64,000 bases of DNA from the NCBI RefSeq assembly GCF_018977255.1, contig NW_024704743.1, positions 11,348,001 through 11,412,000 on the forward strand. Direction: 5' to 3'. The notes below the pieces were generated by a model that was given only the letters and a program-made list of their open reading frames with translations, was not told the origin of the DNA and ran no database searches. This document shows, one piece after another, positions 12,928 to 25,554 of this stretch. Within the stretch, counting starts at the first letter, position 1. Each line of letters starts with the position of its first letter. The position numbers and the translations under genes are program-made. The stretch comes from Callorhinchus milii (taxonomy: Eukaryota).

Positions 12928-13370
12928 CAATAATAATCCTTACGTTTAATATAGTGCCTTATCACATTGTTGAGACGTCTCAAAGTGTTTCACATGGTAT
13001 ACTGTAAAATGCATTGACTGTACGTTTGTGGGCCAACAGTCGTGCACAGCATTGTTCCACAAACAGCCACGGAGTGGGTAACTAATTTTAGGAGATTTGT
13101 TGGCCAGGACACCGGGAGAAACTCCCTTTTCTTTTTGGGATGTCCTCCCAACGTGAAAGGCGCTATATAAAATTAATCTTGTTGTTGCTGTTGAATAGTG
13201 CTATGGGATCTTTAACCTCCACCTGAATGAGCAGCGGCACCTCGGTTTATTGTCTCATCTGAAACCCAGCATTGCATTGGAGTGTCATCTTAGACTCTGT
13301 AATTTCAAGTGTCTTCGTGGGATTTGAGGGATTTCACAACCTTCTGAATCAGAGGTGACCCAGGCTAACA
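12928..13370 (-). mobile_element. SINE family B with a short L2 tail inserted (~13135-13192)
   Basis: Deu-domain motifs on minus strand; gggatgtcctcccaacgtgaaaggcgc...gttgttg on plus strand. Confidence 0.78.
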
Positions 13371-13544
13371 CACAAGCAACTGGAAGCTTGCCAGACAAGC
13401 TTTCAATGCTGCTTGAACTCCAGTAGTATTCCCCATTGCACCTTTATGGTCCCCACAGTGCTGTTAGTGTGCTGCATTGTTGGAGATGCTGTCCTTCGGA
13501 TGAGATGTTGAATTGAGGTCCCCAATGCCTGTTCAGGTGGAAGA

Positions 13545-13765
13545 CAGGGAGGGAAGGGGTAGGAGGGTGATCGAAGGCATGGTTGAAGAGAAAGGTCTCG
13601 AGACAGGTCTTGAAAGAGGCAAGGGAGGGTGCGAGACAAAGGGACTGTGGGAGGAAGTTCCAAAGGATGTGGGGGGCAGAAAGGCTGAAGGCCCAACCGC
13701 CAATGGTAGGGCGGGCTGAGTGGAGGACATGGAGCAGGCCAGAGCCCACTGAACAGAGGGAGACG
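13545..13765 (-). mobile_element. L2 LINE 3' fragment
   Basis: ARPTIGGWAFSLSAPHILWNFLPQSL...FKTCLETFLFNHAF. Confidence 0.85.
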
Positions 13766-14619
13766 TCTCTTTTCAAGATTGAAGAGCTTTACTTGTCTAA
13801 TTGTTGCTCAAGCTCATTTCTCCAACACTGGGGATCATCTTGGTTGCTCTCCTCTGCACTGCCTCTAGGGCCTAGGCAGCCCCCTGAGTGACCAGAACTA
13901 TATGCAATAGTCCATGTTCAGTCTCGCCAGAGTATTGCACAGCTGGAGCATGGCTTCTGGGGATCTGAACTCTGATTTAGCAGATAGCCCAGTATCCTGT
14001 TAGTTTTGTTTACTGCAGTTCAAAATTCAGGGATTTAGGTTAATAATATAATAATGTTTGCATTTCAGATATTGACTTATTATGTTGTCGAGATGTCTCA
14101 AAGTGCTTTGCAGAATATGCTGTAAAGTGAAATGACTGTATATCTTGGGGCATAACAGGGCACCCAATTGCACATAGCACTGGAGTGTCATAGTCGGGGC
14201 TGACACTCCAAGATGTTTAGGAAGGTTATCAAAAGCAGGAGAGGAGAGGAGAGATGGTAAGCCCACACCCCAGGAGAATTTGGAAGCTGGGGAAAGTGAT
14301 TTGATATCCTGGGGGAAAGATACTAAATAAAATAGTCTGCCTTGAGTTAACAAGCAGAAGCAGGAGAAGATTAACAATAGGAGATTGATGCAAAACATAC
14401 CCCACAGGCAGGATAAGGATTATGACAGCATGTAATACGATGAGATAAGAGTTGGCTATGTAAATACATTAATGTTATAATAATGGAAGATTTCATGTAA
14501 CCTAATATAAATTGAGGATTTCTTCATAGTTATTAACATAACAATGCCAGTCTCATTCAGCAATCCAAGACACTATCCTGCGTGAAGGGTTCTATATCGA
14601 TGCAAGCTGCTATTGTTGT

Positions 14620-14975
14620 ATGAGGCACTATAACTCCTGAGTCACATGAGTGGACTTTTAACTCACAGTCTAAGATAACGATCCAGTGCAGTGCTGGGGG
14701 CGAGCATTGCATTGTCAGAGGTGACGTCCATCGGATGAGACATTAAAATAAGTTCCTGTCTGCCTGTTCAGATGGACATTAAAGATCCCATGGCAATGTT
14801 CAAAAAGAGAAGGGAGTTTCTCCCAGTGTCCTGACCAACAATCCCTCAAATAAGATTGGTCTTTCACTGTATGGCCATTTGTGTGACATTGGCTGCTATG
14901 TTTGCCTACACAGTAAATCCTATAAATTGCGTTGAGACGTCATCCTGACCTGAAAGGCAGCTTCCACTGCAAGCT
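14620..14975 (+). mobile_element. SINE family B
   Basis: cggatgagacattaaa, ctgcctgttcagatggacattaaagatcccatggca. Confidence 0.82.
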
Positions 14976-15084
14976 GTTATAACAGAAATGTTTCATATCC
15001 TTGACAAAGATAATGGGCAATCACCAAGCAGGACTGGAAGAAGGGGAGAGTTTCACGCTGATGATGTTGACCACACAAGATTGG

Positions 15085-15242
15085 TTCAGATGAACAAGGC
15101 CTTTCGCCCCATTGGATCTCAACCTTCCAGAACACCCCACCTATCGTCCTCCCATTACAACATTGAGTTGATTTTTAAATGAGTTCAGTGTCCTGGCTCA
15201 ACCATCCTTCCTGGCAACCTGTTCCAGTTGTTAATTACCCTC
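15085..15242 (-). mobile_element. CR1-like subfamily D 3' end
   Basis: Homologous to 19615-19870, 24730-25170 and 53050-53410. Confidence 0.6.
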
Positions 15243-15304
15243 AAAGGCGTTATCAAGGAGTGTTTTCAAAGACAGGGGGAGAAAGCATAATACAAAGGCG
15301 AGAA

Positions 15305-15580
15305 TAAAACAGCCATGAAGTGAATGACCAATTTTATTTGGGGATTTGTTGGCCAGGACACCAGTAGAGAGAAACTCTCTTCTCTTTGTGAACAGTGCCA
15401 CAGGATCTTTAATGTCCAGGCATAGGCGAGTGTTCAGTTTAAAGTCTCATTCGAAGGATGGAACCTCCAACAATGCAGAGCTTTCTCCACACTACATTGG
15501 AACATCTGTCTGGACTATATGAGCTTGAACTCACATCCTTCTGACTCAGAGGCGAGATTGCTACTCACTGAGCCAGGCAT
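15305..15580 (-). mobile_element. SINE family B
   Basis: Reverse-complement Deu domain and tRNA head. Confidence 0.82.
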
Positions 15581-15639
15581 CTATGAATGAGCAGCAGCAC
15601 ATGATACTTGTAACGGTGGAAAAGAATTAAGGAAATGAG

Positions 15640-16560
15640 AGTCAAAAATGACAAAATGTTAAGAGGCACAGTAAATTGTTTAGATAGGAGCAGGAAGCTA
15701 CAAAGGGACTTAGATAGATTAAGTGAATGGGCAAAACTGTGACAGGTGGAATTCTATGTGAGTAAGTGTGAGGTCATCCACTGTAGATTCAAAAATAGCA
15801 AAATAGAATATTTTCTAAATGAGGAGAAATTAAGAACTGTGGAGGAGCAAAGAGATTTGGGTGTCCACGTACATAAATCACTAAAAACAAACTCACAGTT
15901 ATCAAAAAGGCTAATGGAATGTTGGCCTTTATCTCAAGGTGTCTGGAATATAAAGGAGAGGAAATGTTGCTTCAACTATATAGAGCCTTACTCAAACAGC
16001 ATTTGAAGTTACTTCGTTCAGTTTCGGGCACCGCACCTCAGGAAGGATATATTGGCTCTGGAGGGGGTGCAACACAGATTCACCAGAATGGTTTAAAAGG
16101 TTGAGTTATGAGGACAGGTTGCATAAACTTGGTCTGTATTCCCTGGAGTTCGGAAGGTTGAGGAGTGATCTGATTAAGGTTTTTATGTGGGAAATAATGA
16201 AGGGATTCGATAGGATAGATAGTATAGATACAGAGAAGTTATTTCCTCTGGTAGGGGAATCCAGAACAAGGGGGCAAAATCCTAAAATTAGAGCTAGGCC
16301 ATTTAGAAGTGAAATTGGGAGACAGTTTTTCACCCAAAGAGTTGTGGAAACCTGGAACCCTCTCCCCCAAAAGGCCAGATCTATTCACATTTTTAAGATG
16401 GAAGTAGAAAAATATTTGTTAGGTCAAAGTATTAAGGGATATAGGGCAAGGGCAGGTAAATGGACTTGAGGTATAAATCAGCCATGATCTTATAAAATGG
16501 CAGAACAGGTTCGGGGGCCTGATAGCCTACTCCTATTTTTATGTCTATGCATCTATGTTA
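15640..16560 (+). mobile_element. CR1 LINE 3' fragment
   Basis: EEQRDLGVHVHKSLK, YEDRLHKLGLYSLE, FFTQRVVETWNPLP; CR1 3' UTR. Confidence 0.93.
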
Positions 16561-16702
16561 ACCTAAGGCACGATTGAAGAGATGAGGATGGTTTTGAAGA
16601 CGGAGAGAGGAAACAGTTTTGAGACATTATTGTACGTGAAAGGCGATGTATAGGTGAAGGCAGTTTTTATGGCCACAAGGAGGTTAGAAGTTGATGTTGC
16701 TG

Positions 16703-16997
16703 TTTGATTCCCAGACAGGGCAAAATGTTAGGCAAATTACCTTTCCACACGCATCTGTTTATGTCACAGTAAGTAGGAATCCGATTGTTAGTCGATTTTC
16801 CAGGAGTAATAATCCCTTCAAAACTTTTTTTATTTAAATAATAATAATTTGGTCACTCAATCCACGACTGTTTGTGGGACACTGCTGTGCACAATTCGCT
16901 GCCACATTTCGCCCACAAAATATAGAGTCAATTCACTTTACAATATATCAATGCGATAAGCCCCTATAGCACATGCAAGGATTATTATTATTATTAT
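16703..16997 (+). mobile_element. SINE family A (5'-truncated)
   Basis: Core, Deu-like segment and (ATT)n tail. Confidence 0.82.
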
Positions 16998-17447
16998 CCC
17001 TATCGACACGAATGTGTAGGGAGATCACGGTTGGAGTCTGAGTCCTCTGGCCTGTTATTTTCCATCTTTCTGAATGCATAATGAACATACTATCAGGGAA
17101 TGAAAATATGCTAATTAGACCTAATTTACATGTGGGAATTAAGATAATTAAGCAATAGACATCCTCCAATAGCTCAAGAACATGATTCCTTTCTTTATAA
17201 AACATGAAGATTAAATCATTATAGTATTAGGCGTAACCTATAATTGTACTAATCAGTGCTAATTTACATGTGTGATTTCAATTCAATCTAAAATAGGTTT
17301 TTCCTATCACTCAAAAAAATCCTATTTTCTCTCCCAATGAAAGGTCAATCTTTATGCTATTAATAATTTATGCTAAGGAATCCTAGATGATAGGGGCACA
17401 TTTTTAATGTAGATTTAGAAATGAATGAATTTGTATCTTTGGAGTCT

Positions 17448-17666
17448 GTGGAGTCCTGAAGCATGTTGGTTGCAGCACTCGCCTTGCAAATGAGAGGACC
17501 TGGATTTGATTCCCGGCCAGGACAAAACCTTAGCCAAGTTTCCTTACTCCACACGCCTCTGTTTACCTAGCAGTAAGTAGGAACTCGGTTGTTAGCTGAT
17601 TGGCAGATCGCCTTTCCAGGTGTAATAATCCCTAAATAAAAAATAATAATGTGGTTACTCAATCTT
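17448..17666 (+). mobile_element. SINE family A 5' two-thirds
   Basis: gtggagtcctg head and core. Confidence 0.85.
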
Positions 17667-17779
17667 GGCTTATCCTCGCTTATCATGGAAAGATTGAGTA
17701 TTTAATGTCTTAAGGACTTTTTCATTGTTAGAGCATGGAGGAATATTAATAATAATCCTTCCATTTGAGTTGCCTTACA

Positions 17780-18065
17780 CCACACTCCTCCGTTTACCTA
17801 GCAGTAAGTAGAAACCTGGTTGTTAGTCGATTGGCGGATTGTTTTCTGTGGGTAATAATCCCTTCAAATAAATAAATATATAATTAATATAATTGGTCAC
17901 TTCAATCGATGACTGTTTGTGGGACACTGCTGTGCGCAATTGGCTGCCATGTTTCGCCCACAAAGTATACAGTCAAATTCACTTTACAGTATATTCTGTG
18001 AAGCATTTTGAGACGTCTCGAAGATGTGATAAGGCACTATGTCAAATGCAAGGATTATTATTATT
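17780..18065 (+). mobile_element. SINE family A 3' two-thirds
   Basis: Core to tail. Confidence 0.85.
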
Positions 18066-18959
18066 TCAGACATGTAATATTGTCTCAAAGTGAGTTGTTT
18101 CATTAGGAAGCGGATTTTGAGCACTAGCCAAATGTTTCTCCCTTAAGGTTTTGAGCTGAAGAGTAATTGTATTTGGTGCTACGGTTAATTGAACTTTCTT
18201 CTTGAAGAAGTATAATGATTTTTGGTTTGTCGACCAATTGTCTTAAATGTTAAGCTTTTAATGAGAGGCTGCCTATGCCGCTGGGCAGAACAGAATGAGC
18301 AATGCAAAGTTTGCCGAACGCTTTCGAATCAAGACTAGAGGCCAGGTTTGCCTCTAGCCTGCTTCACATGCCTCGCTTCTTCCCCCCCATCACCACCAAT
18401 GGTGCGAGAATTATCACGCACTCTTTCAGCCTCTCTCCCCAACTTTCTGGTGTTCTCTACCTTGTGACAGACTGGCTCAGTCGCTAGCCCTCTGGCCTCT
18501 GAGTCAGAAGATTGTGAGTTCAAGCCCCATGTTGGGACTTTGAATTTGCACAGTCTATAACAATAATAATCCTTGCATTTGATATAACACCTTATCACAT
18601 CATCGAGACAACTCAAAGTGCTTCACAGAATATACTACAAAGTGAACTGACTATATATTTTTATGGGTAAAAGTCTACAGTGTAGGCCTATCAACGCAGT
18701 GTATTATTATTACATTTATTATTATTTAAGGTAAGTACTTGGTGTTTTCTCAGTTCCAGGGATAGAGAGCGAAGAAGTGCTGCCAGCTTCTCAGCCTGTG
18801 CATTACTTTTATTTAAATGAGATGACTCCAGTTGTATGAGGGCCAAAAGCCTCTAGTGTAGCGTGCCATTTATTTTCCTCTTTCTCTCTTTTGCCTCAAG
18901 AGATACAATAGACACAGGTAGAGGATTATTGCCCACGGTTATTTGTGGTAAGATAAGAA

Positions 18960-19318
18960 AAATCTTTGCATTTGATTTAGCACCTTATCATGTTGTGGAG
19001 ATGTCTCAAAGCGTTTCACAGAATATAGTGTAAAGTGGAGTGACTGTATTTTGTGGGCGAAATGCGGCAGCCAATCGAGCACAGCAGTGTCCCACAAACA
19101 GTCATGGAGTAAGTGACTAAATTATTATTATTATTTTGAAGGGATTATTACCCCCCGCAAGTGATATATCAATTAACTAACAACCGGGTTCCTACTTATT
19201 GCTAGGTAAACAGAGGCCTGTGGAGTAAGGAAACTTGCCTAAGGTTTTGCCTTGCCCAGGGAATCAAACCTGCATCTTCTTGCTTGCAAGGCGAGTTCTC
19301 TATACACTACAGGATTCC
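18960..19318 (-). mobile_element. SINE family A
   Basis: Full reverse-complement family A structure. Confidence 0.87.
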
Positions 19319-19329
19319 AGGATGGTGGT

Positions 19330-19600
19330 ATGAGCACCATCCTGAACTCCCACCAATCTATCAATCATGTCGAAACCTATCACTTTGCAAGATTCAAAGC
19401 CCGCTAGAATTTATCCCCAAAGCACACTGTGGGGTCCCCCCAAGCCCTGCCACTTGCCAATCTGCACCCAATACTCTGTGCGTTCCATCCCAGATATGGG
19501 AAATTCCATGTGTAGATAGCATACATGTGTGGAATTCTCAATCTGGTTTTGATACTCTTCAGCACGATGATCGGTTGCCGCATGTGTCAGATACTCTGTC
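19330..19600 (+). mobile_element. Family C 3' terminal fragment
   Basis: cacactgtggggtcccc...gggaaattccatgtgtag...gaattctcaatctggtttt matches 32150-32390. Confidence 0.62.
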
Positions 19601-19614
19601 AAATATAAAATCAC

Positions 19615-19870
19615 AAGATAGGTTCTGAGGAAGAAGGCCCTTCAGCCAAACTGATCTCATCCCTCCAGAACACCCACCCTATCATCCCTCCATCACAGCA
19701 TCAAAGTGCTTTTTAATTGAGTCCCAGTGTCCTAGCCTCAACTGCCCTGCCTAGGAATCTGTTCTAGTCATTAATTAGCATCTGAGTAAAGAAAAACGTC
19801 CTGGTGTCTGTTCTCAAATTACCCTTTGCAACTCAAAATCCACGTCCATTTGATCTATTTTCTTGGTGCA
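19615..19870 (-). mobile_element. CR1-like subfamily D 3' end
   Basis: atctcatccctccagaacacccaccct shared with 24750-24780. Confidence 0.62.
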
Positions 19871-20382
19871 TCCTAAAATCTTGGACCAAAATGAAATGCA
19901 GTGGAAAGCCCAAGACAGGAAAAGGAAAAATAACTCACATTAGAATTCTTGCCTTTGATTTAGTGCCTATAACTTCACAGCAATTACTTTTAAGAGCGGT
20001 GGCTGAATGGCATTTTCTATGTTTGCCGATGGTGATTAATCACTGCTGGTAGATTAATCCATCCAATGCTTCGTTGGACTTAACAACTGGAGCTGGTTTG
20101 CTTTCTCTTCTGTTAGTTACAGTTGAACCCCGTTACACTGCACTTCAATATCCTTCTGGTCTGTGTAGAGTTGTACAGTGCACCCACACTAGAGCAGGAA
20201 TAATAACAACAAGCCTTGCATTTGAAACAGTACATTGTCAGAGGTGTTGCCCTTTGAATGAGACGCTAAACCAAGGTCTCTGTATCTGTTCAGGTGGATG
20301 TTAAAGATCCTGTGACATAAGTCAAAAAGAGTTTCTACTGGTGTCAAATCACAAGGCCAAGCAAACCAGCTCCAGTTGTTAA

Positions 20383-20690
20383 TAACAATAATAATAATCG
20401 TTGTATTTGATAAAGCGCCTTATCAAGTTTTCTAGATGTCTCAAAGCGCTTCACAGAATATACTGTAAAATGAATTGACTGTATATTTTGTGGGCGAAAT
20501 GTGGCAGCCAATAGTGCTAAATAGAGCCCCACAAACAGTCATGGATTGAGTGACCAATTTATATATTTATGCATCCATCCATCCACCCATCCACTAATCC
20601 ACCAATCCATCCATCCATCTATCTGAAAGGATTATTATCTCCAGAAAGCGATCAAACATTTTGCTAACAACCAGGTTCCTACTTTATCCT
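20383..20690 (-). mobile_element. SINE family A containing an (ATCC)n microsatellite at ~20572-20622
   Basis: Reverse-complement tail and Deu-like segment. Confidence 0.78.
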
Positions 20691-20762
20691 GGAGAATTGT
20701 AGTTTAGTGGTTAGAGCACTCGCCTCGCCTCGCAAGAGATTCCCGTTCCTAGTATACATTAA

Positions 20763-21035
20763 TGTCAGCCTGGCTCAGTTGGTAGCACTCTCATCTCTGA
20801 GTCAGAAGGTTGTAGGTACAAGCCCCAAGTTGTTTCTTCGAATTCATATAATCTAGGCTGATGGTCCAATGCAGTGCCAGGGGTGTGCGACATTGTTGGA
20901 GGTGCTTGCTGTCTTTCGGATAAAATGTTAAACCAAGGTTTTGTCTATACCTCTTCAGGTGGATGTTAAAGATCCTATAGCACTATTCAAACAGATGAGG
21001 GTGTTTTTTTCAGTGCCCTGGATGACAATCCCCCA
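20763..21035 (+). mobile_element. SINE family B
   Basis: tgtcagcctggctcagttggtagcactctc head plus Deu domain. Confidence 0.87.
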
Positions 21036-21474
21036 GAAATGAGTGAATTCAACAATTTATCAAATTCTGGACATTCTGAAAATGCTAAGCAAGTAAAAGT
21101 ACAACAAAAACAATAAGTTTTTATCATGCCCTTAACACGGGATAGTATCTTGGAGCTGAAGTCTACACCAGGGTGGAATTACTCCCTCCAGGAGCCACCG
21201 CAATGAAACTTGACTCAGTTTTTCCATCTGCTATTTCACTTCAGATGATGGGATCTGGTTTGTTCTGTTTCCTAAGTGGGTTTCATTACACAGAAAAATC
21301 TGAATCACACAAATAGAAAGGACCCCCATTCTGGAAAAACAGATGCTCCGACCCGCTCTGACCCCCATTTAGTGGTAAATTTAGAGATTCACAATGACGC
21401 AGGTCACAAGGAATGTGTCAATGAAACGACCGGTAAATTCACCCATGTAGATACACGTTGGTAATTAAAAAAAG

Positions 21475-21712
21475 GCGAAATCCCAGGCAAGTTTCCTTAC
21501 TCCACAAGCCTCTGTTTATCTAGCAGTCAGTAGTTAGTCAATTGATGGATTGTTTACAGGGGAAAATAATCCCTCAAAAAAAAATCCATGTGGGACACTG
21601 CTATGCGCAATTAGCTACCACAATTTCGCCCACAAAATAGTCAATCTAATTTATAATATATTCTGTGAAGCACTTTGAGATGTCTCAACAATGTGATAAG
21701 GCGCTATATCAA
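21475..21712 (+). mobile_element. SINE family A (5'-truncated)
   Basis: Core to tail. Confidence 0.78.
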
Positions 21713-22905
21713 CAACAACTTGCACTTATATAGCGCCCTCCACTTCTGGGGGGCGGTGGCCATCAGCACAATCGAACAAGAAAGTCTTCAGACCGGACTT
21801 GAAAGAGGGAAGAGAGGGGGCAAGGTGGAAGGATTGAGGGAGAGTGTTTCAGAGTTTTGGGGCATTGTGACTGAAAGCACGACCTCTGATGGTGGGGCAG
21901 AGGGTGCGAGGGATAGCAGAAGGATGGTGCCAGTTGTGCAGATGTGCCGGGTGGTGGATTGGGGAGTGAGGAGGTTGGAGAGGTAGGGAGGGGCCAGCGA
22001 GTAAATGGATTTGAACACGAGAGTGAGGATCTTGAAGTCGATCTGTTCGGTGATGAGAAGCCAGTGGAGCCTGGCCAGAACTGGTGAGATGGGTGTACGG
22101 AGTTTGGTTTGGGTCAGTATGTGGGCAGCAGAGCTTTGAATGAGCTGGATCTTGTGAATGGCAAGAAGTGCATTGGAATAATCCAAATGGGAGGCTTCAA
22201 ACGTATGCATGAGGGTTTCGACTGCATGTGGGGTAAGATATGGGCAATGGGGCTGAGGTGGAAGAAAGTGGTCCCAGTCAGGGATCAGATGTGGGTGAGG
22301 AAGGACAGTTGGGGGTCGAACTGGATGCCTAGGTTGCGTAGTGGTTCGGTAAGTTTTGAGGGAGAGCCGAGGGAGGTTGAGGAGTTTAGATCCACAGGAG
22401 AGAAGACAGTGATGGGAGCCAACGAGTATGGCTTCTGTCTTGTCATATTCAACTGCAAGCAGTTTACACTCATCCAGGCCTTGTGTGTTATTTGCATACA
22501 TGTGGAAGTTTACCCTGGATGACATTGCCCAGAGGGAGCATATAGATAAGGAAAAGAAGGGGGCAAGGATGGAGTCCTGGGGTAAACCGGGCAGGGGTGG
22601 GAGGAGAAACCATTTGCTGAGGTGGTTGGTTAAGTAGGACTCGAATCGTGTGAGTACTTTCCCACTAGGTAGATGAGGGAGGAGAGCCGATGGAGGAGGT
22701 GTATTGTGTCGAACGCAGCAGAGAGATCCAGGAGGACGAGGAGGACGAGGAGGCAGAGAGAGCCCTGATTACAGATAGAGAGAATGTTGTTTGTGACTTT
22801 GACAAGAGCTGTTTCCGTGCTGTGGGCAGGGCAAAAACCAGACTGCAGGGGCTCGAGGATGGAGCGGAGGGAGAAGTGTGACCATAGTTGACCTGCAACA
22901 ATGCA
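21710..22905 (-). mobile_element. L2 LINE RT to 3' end, frameshifted
   Basis: LEPLQSGFCPAHSTETALVKVTN, LDLSAAFDTI, FHMYAN, ARLHWLLITEQIDFKIL; (CAA)n at 21710. Confidence 0.93.
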
Positions 22906-23815
22906 CAGAATATGCACCTGCTCAACTAGTCCCTAGAAAGCATTTGGTGCAGGTTGGCAAAAGCCAAAGCTCAGGGACCCCAAAGTTTGTGTTGGGGTAC
23001 TGCTGATGTCTAATCAGCTAAAACCGCAGATATTGTCATTGAGAGCACTGCCTGGCAAGCTTTCCTGCTGCTTGTCCAGCTAAGATCACCCTACCGGTTA
23101 GGGCTTTGACTTGCAGGGCTAAAAGGAGCTGAGTGGGTGACTCCCTGCCCCCAGTGACTGATGTGCCCTTCCAAGTGCTGCTGATGAGCAAGGCTGGCTG
23201 TGCTCTCATCAGCAATGCCCCGGAATACTGTGGACCCACTGGCTCAGGAACCAGGCTGTTAAGACCACCACAGAGAGCTGGCTCGATTCCGATATTCTGT
23301 TGCCAAACCTGTTGCCTTGGAACCAGTTCATCTTCCAAGGAGACCCCGCTTATCTCCTCCCCAAGGAAGATATTCACTAATTGGCCATTTGACATCTGAC
23401 AAGCGCAGATTTGAGCCCTCACTAGATGGATGATAGGTACCAAGAACTCCCTGTGAGCTTCCTGGTGGGCAACTCATCTCAGCATTAAATGTTTGAGAGC
23501 ATTGCCACCATCTTCCTGTCCGCAGCTTGGACTTCCCTTTGACCGATCGTTCCACCAGATGGAGGTGCAGAATTTAAGCAGCAGTTGCTTGCCTCTCTGC
23601 AAATCGATCAAGGTGGATTCCAGGCACTGGACATATGAACATGTGTTCCCAAACTCAAACTCTAGGTAACGCCTTCTAGCAGCTGTTGCCCCAAGCCTCA
23701 GAGTTTCCTCATCAGCTAACTAACTGATGGACATCTGCCTTCAGTGTGGTGGACGGACCTTTACAGGACAGCCTGTGATGTGATGTTCTTGAGGTCCAAG
23801 TCCAATGAAGTCACA
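22906..23815 (-). mobile_element. Unclassified non-LTR retrotransposon (family C), longest copy, relic ORF C-terminus
   Basis: Minus frame reads ...LLKFCTSIWWNDRSKGSPSCGQEDGGNALKHLMLR*VAHQEAHREFL...; multiple homologous copies in window. Confidence 0.65.
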
Positions 23816-24570
23816 TACATCCTGGAAAATAAAAACCTAAATGGGGAGAGGAGCAAAGGGATCTGGGGGCACACATATACAATTCACGAAAAGTAGCAAC
23901 GCAGTTTAATAAGGCAATAAAAAAGGCAAATCAGGCATTCGGGTTCATTTTTAATGGGATACAAATGAAATCAGGGAAGTTATGTTAAACTTCTATAGAA
24001 CCTTGGTTAGACCACACTTAGAATACTGTGTGCAGTTCTGGTCTCCACATTATAGAAGGGATGTAGAGGCACTGAAGAGGGTGCAAAGGAGATTCACAAG
24101 GATGATCCAGAAACTGAGAGGTTATACCTATGAGGAAAGGTTGAACATGCTTAGACTCTTTTCTCTTGAAAAGAGGAGGGTAAGGGGTGACCTGATGGAG
24201 GTCTTTAAAATTATGAAAGGTTTTGATAGGGTAGACATAGGGAAGATGTTTCCACTTGTGGGGGAGAACAAAACCAGGGGCCATCAATATAAAATAGTCA
24301 CAAAAATAGGGAAGTTAGAAGAAATTTCTTTTCACAAAGAGTAGTGGGAATGTGGAACATGCTACCACAAGGAGTTACTGAGGCAAATAGCATAGATGTA
24401 TTTAAGGGAAAGCTAGATAGGTACATGAGGGAGAAAGGAATAGGTTATGCTTGAAAGCTTAGTTGAGGAAGGGCAGGAGGAGGCTCATGTGGAGCATAAA
24501 CACCAGCATAGACCAGTTGGGCCGAATGGCCTGTTTCTCTGCTGTATATTCTAATGTATTCTAATGTGTA
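23815..24570 (+). mobile_element. CR1 LINE 3' fragment
   Basis: LVRPHLEYCVQFWSPHYRRDVEALKRVQRRFTRMI; 3' UTR gggccgaatggcctgtttct and (tattctaatg)2 tail. Confidence 0.95.
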
Positions 24571-24714
24571 CAGTCAGGTAAAGCCAAAGGTTAAAACTAT
24601 ACAGAAAAAGCTCCCTCCCCCCTTCTTTCTACCATCGCAGTAAATCTTTGAACATTGCAGGAAGAATGAATAAACTGACCTGAGTCTAGCACAGTTTTCT
24701 TGCACCTTTCACAA

Positions 24715-25170
24715 GATCAGTTTGAGTGGAAAATGCACTTTGGGCCATTCAATCTCATCCCTCCAGAACACCCACCCTACCATGCCCCCATCATACCATC
24801 AAGCCGATTTTTAAATGAGTGTGAGCGTCCTGGTCTCAACCACCTTTCCTGACAAGCTGATTGCAACAACAACTAGCATTTATATAGTGCCCTTTCCATG
24901 TGGCAGGGTCTCAGCATGCTTAAAATTATCTTCTGTGTAAAGAAAAACTTCCTGGTCTTTGTTCTGAAATTGGTCTTTACAACTATCAACATATATCCTC
25001 TTGTTCTACTATGTTGTGGTATCCTAAAGTGTTGATCTGGGTTTACTTCTTCAATCCCATTTAAAATTTGTAAAGCTCTATGAGATCCCCTCAGAGTGGT
25101 CTTCTCTCAGGAATGAAGAACCCCAGCTTGTCAAATCGTTGCTCATAACTCATTCCTCTAACACTGACCA
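24715..25170 (-). mobile_element. CR1-like subfamily D 3' end with an inserted L2 tail (~24862-24922)
   Basis: Homology to 53050-53410; caacaacaac...tatatagtgccctt. Confidence 0.6.
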
Positions 25171-25554
25171 CTCAGCTGGATTGAACTCCTGTATTGACCT
25201 TCCTGTGTGTGTTCAGGGGCCAACTGAGCTCAGTTATTGACATTCCTCTGTGGCTCTGGTGTCGCTAGCCTGATTGATTTGCCATGTGTACACTCGGCTC
25301 CATTGACCACATCTATTGACTGTTCCCATTTTCAGTGCTGCCTGCTGAGCCTGAATGGACCTCTGCATTAACATTTCTTTGTGATTCTGCCCTGCCCTAC
25401 CCACCTCATTGAGCCAGCTCTGCCAACTCTGATCGAGCGGCATCAGCCATCAGTGAAAATGTTTGTGACAAGAGATTCCCAACCATGGGTTTAGTTCTGA
25501 ATTTTGACTGTGTAACCTGATCAAAATTAATCTTCTGAGTTAGGCCAATGCTTG

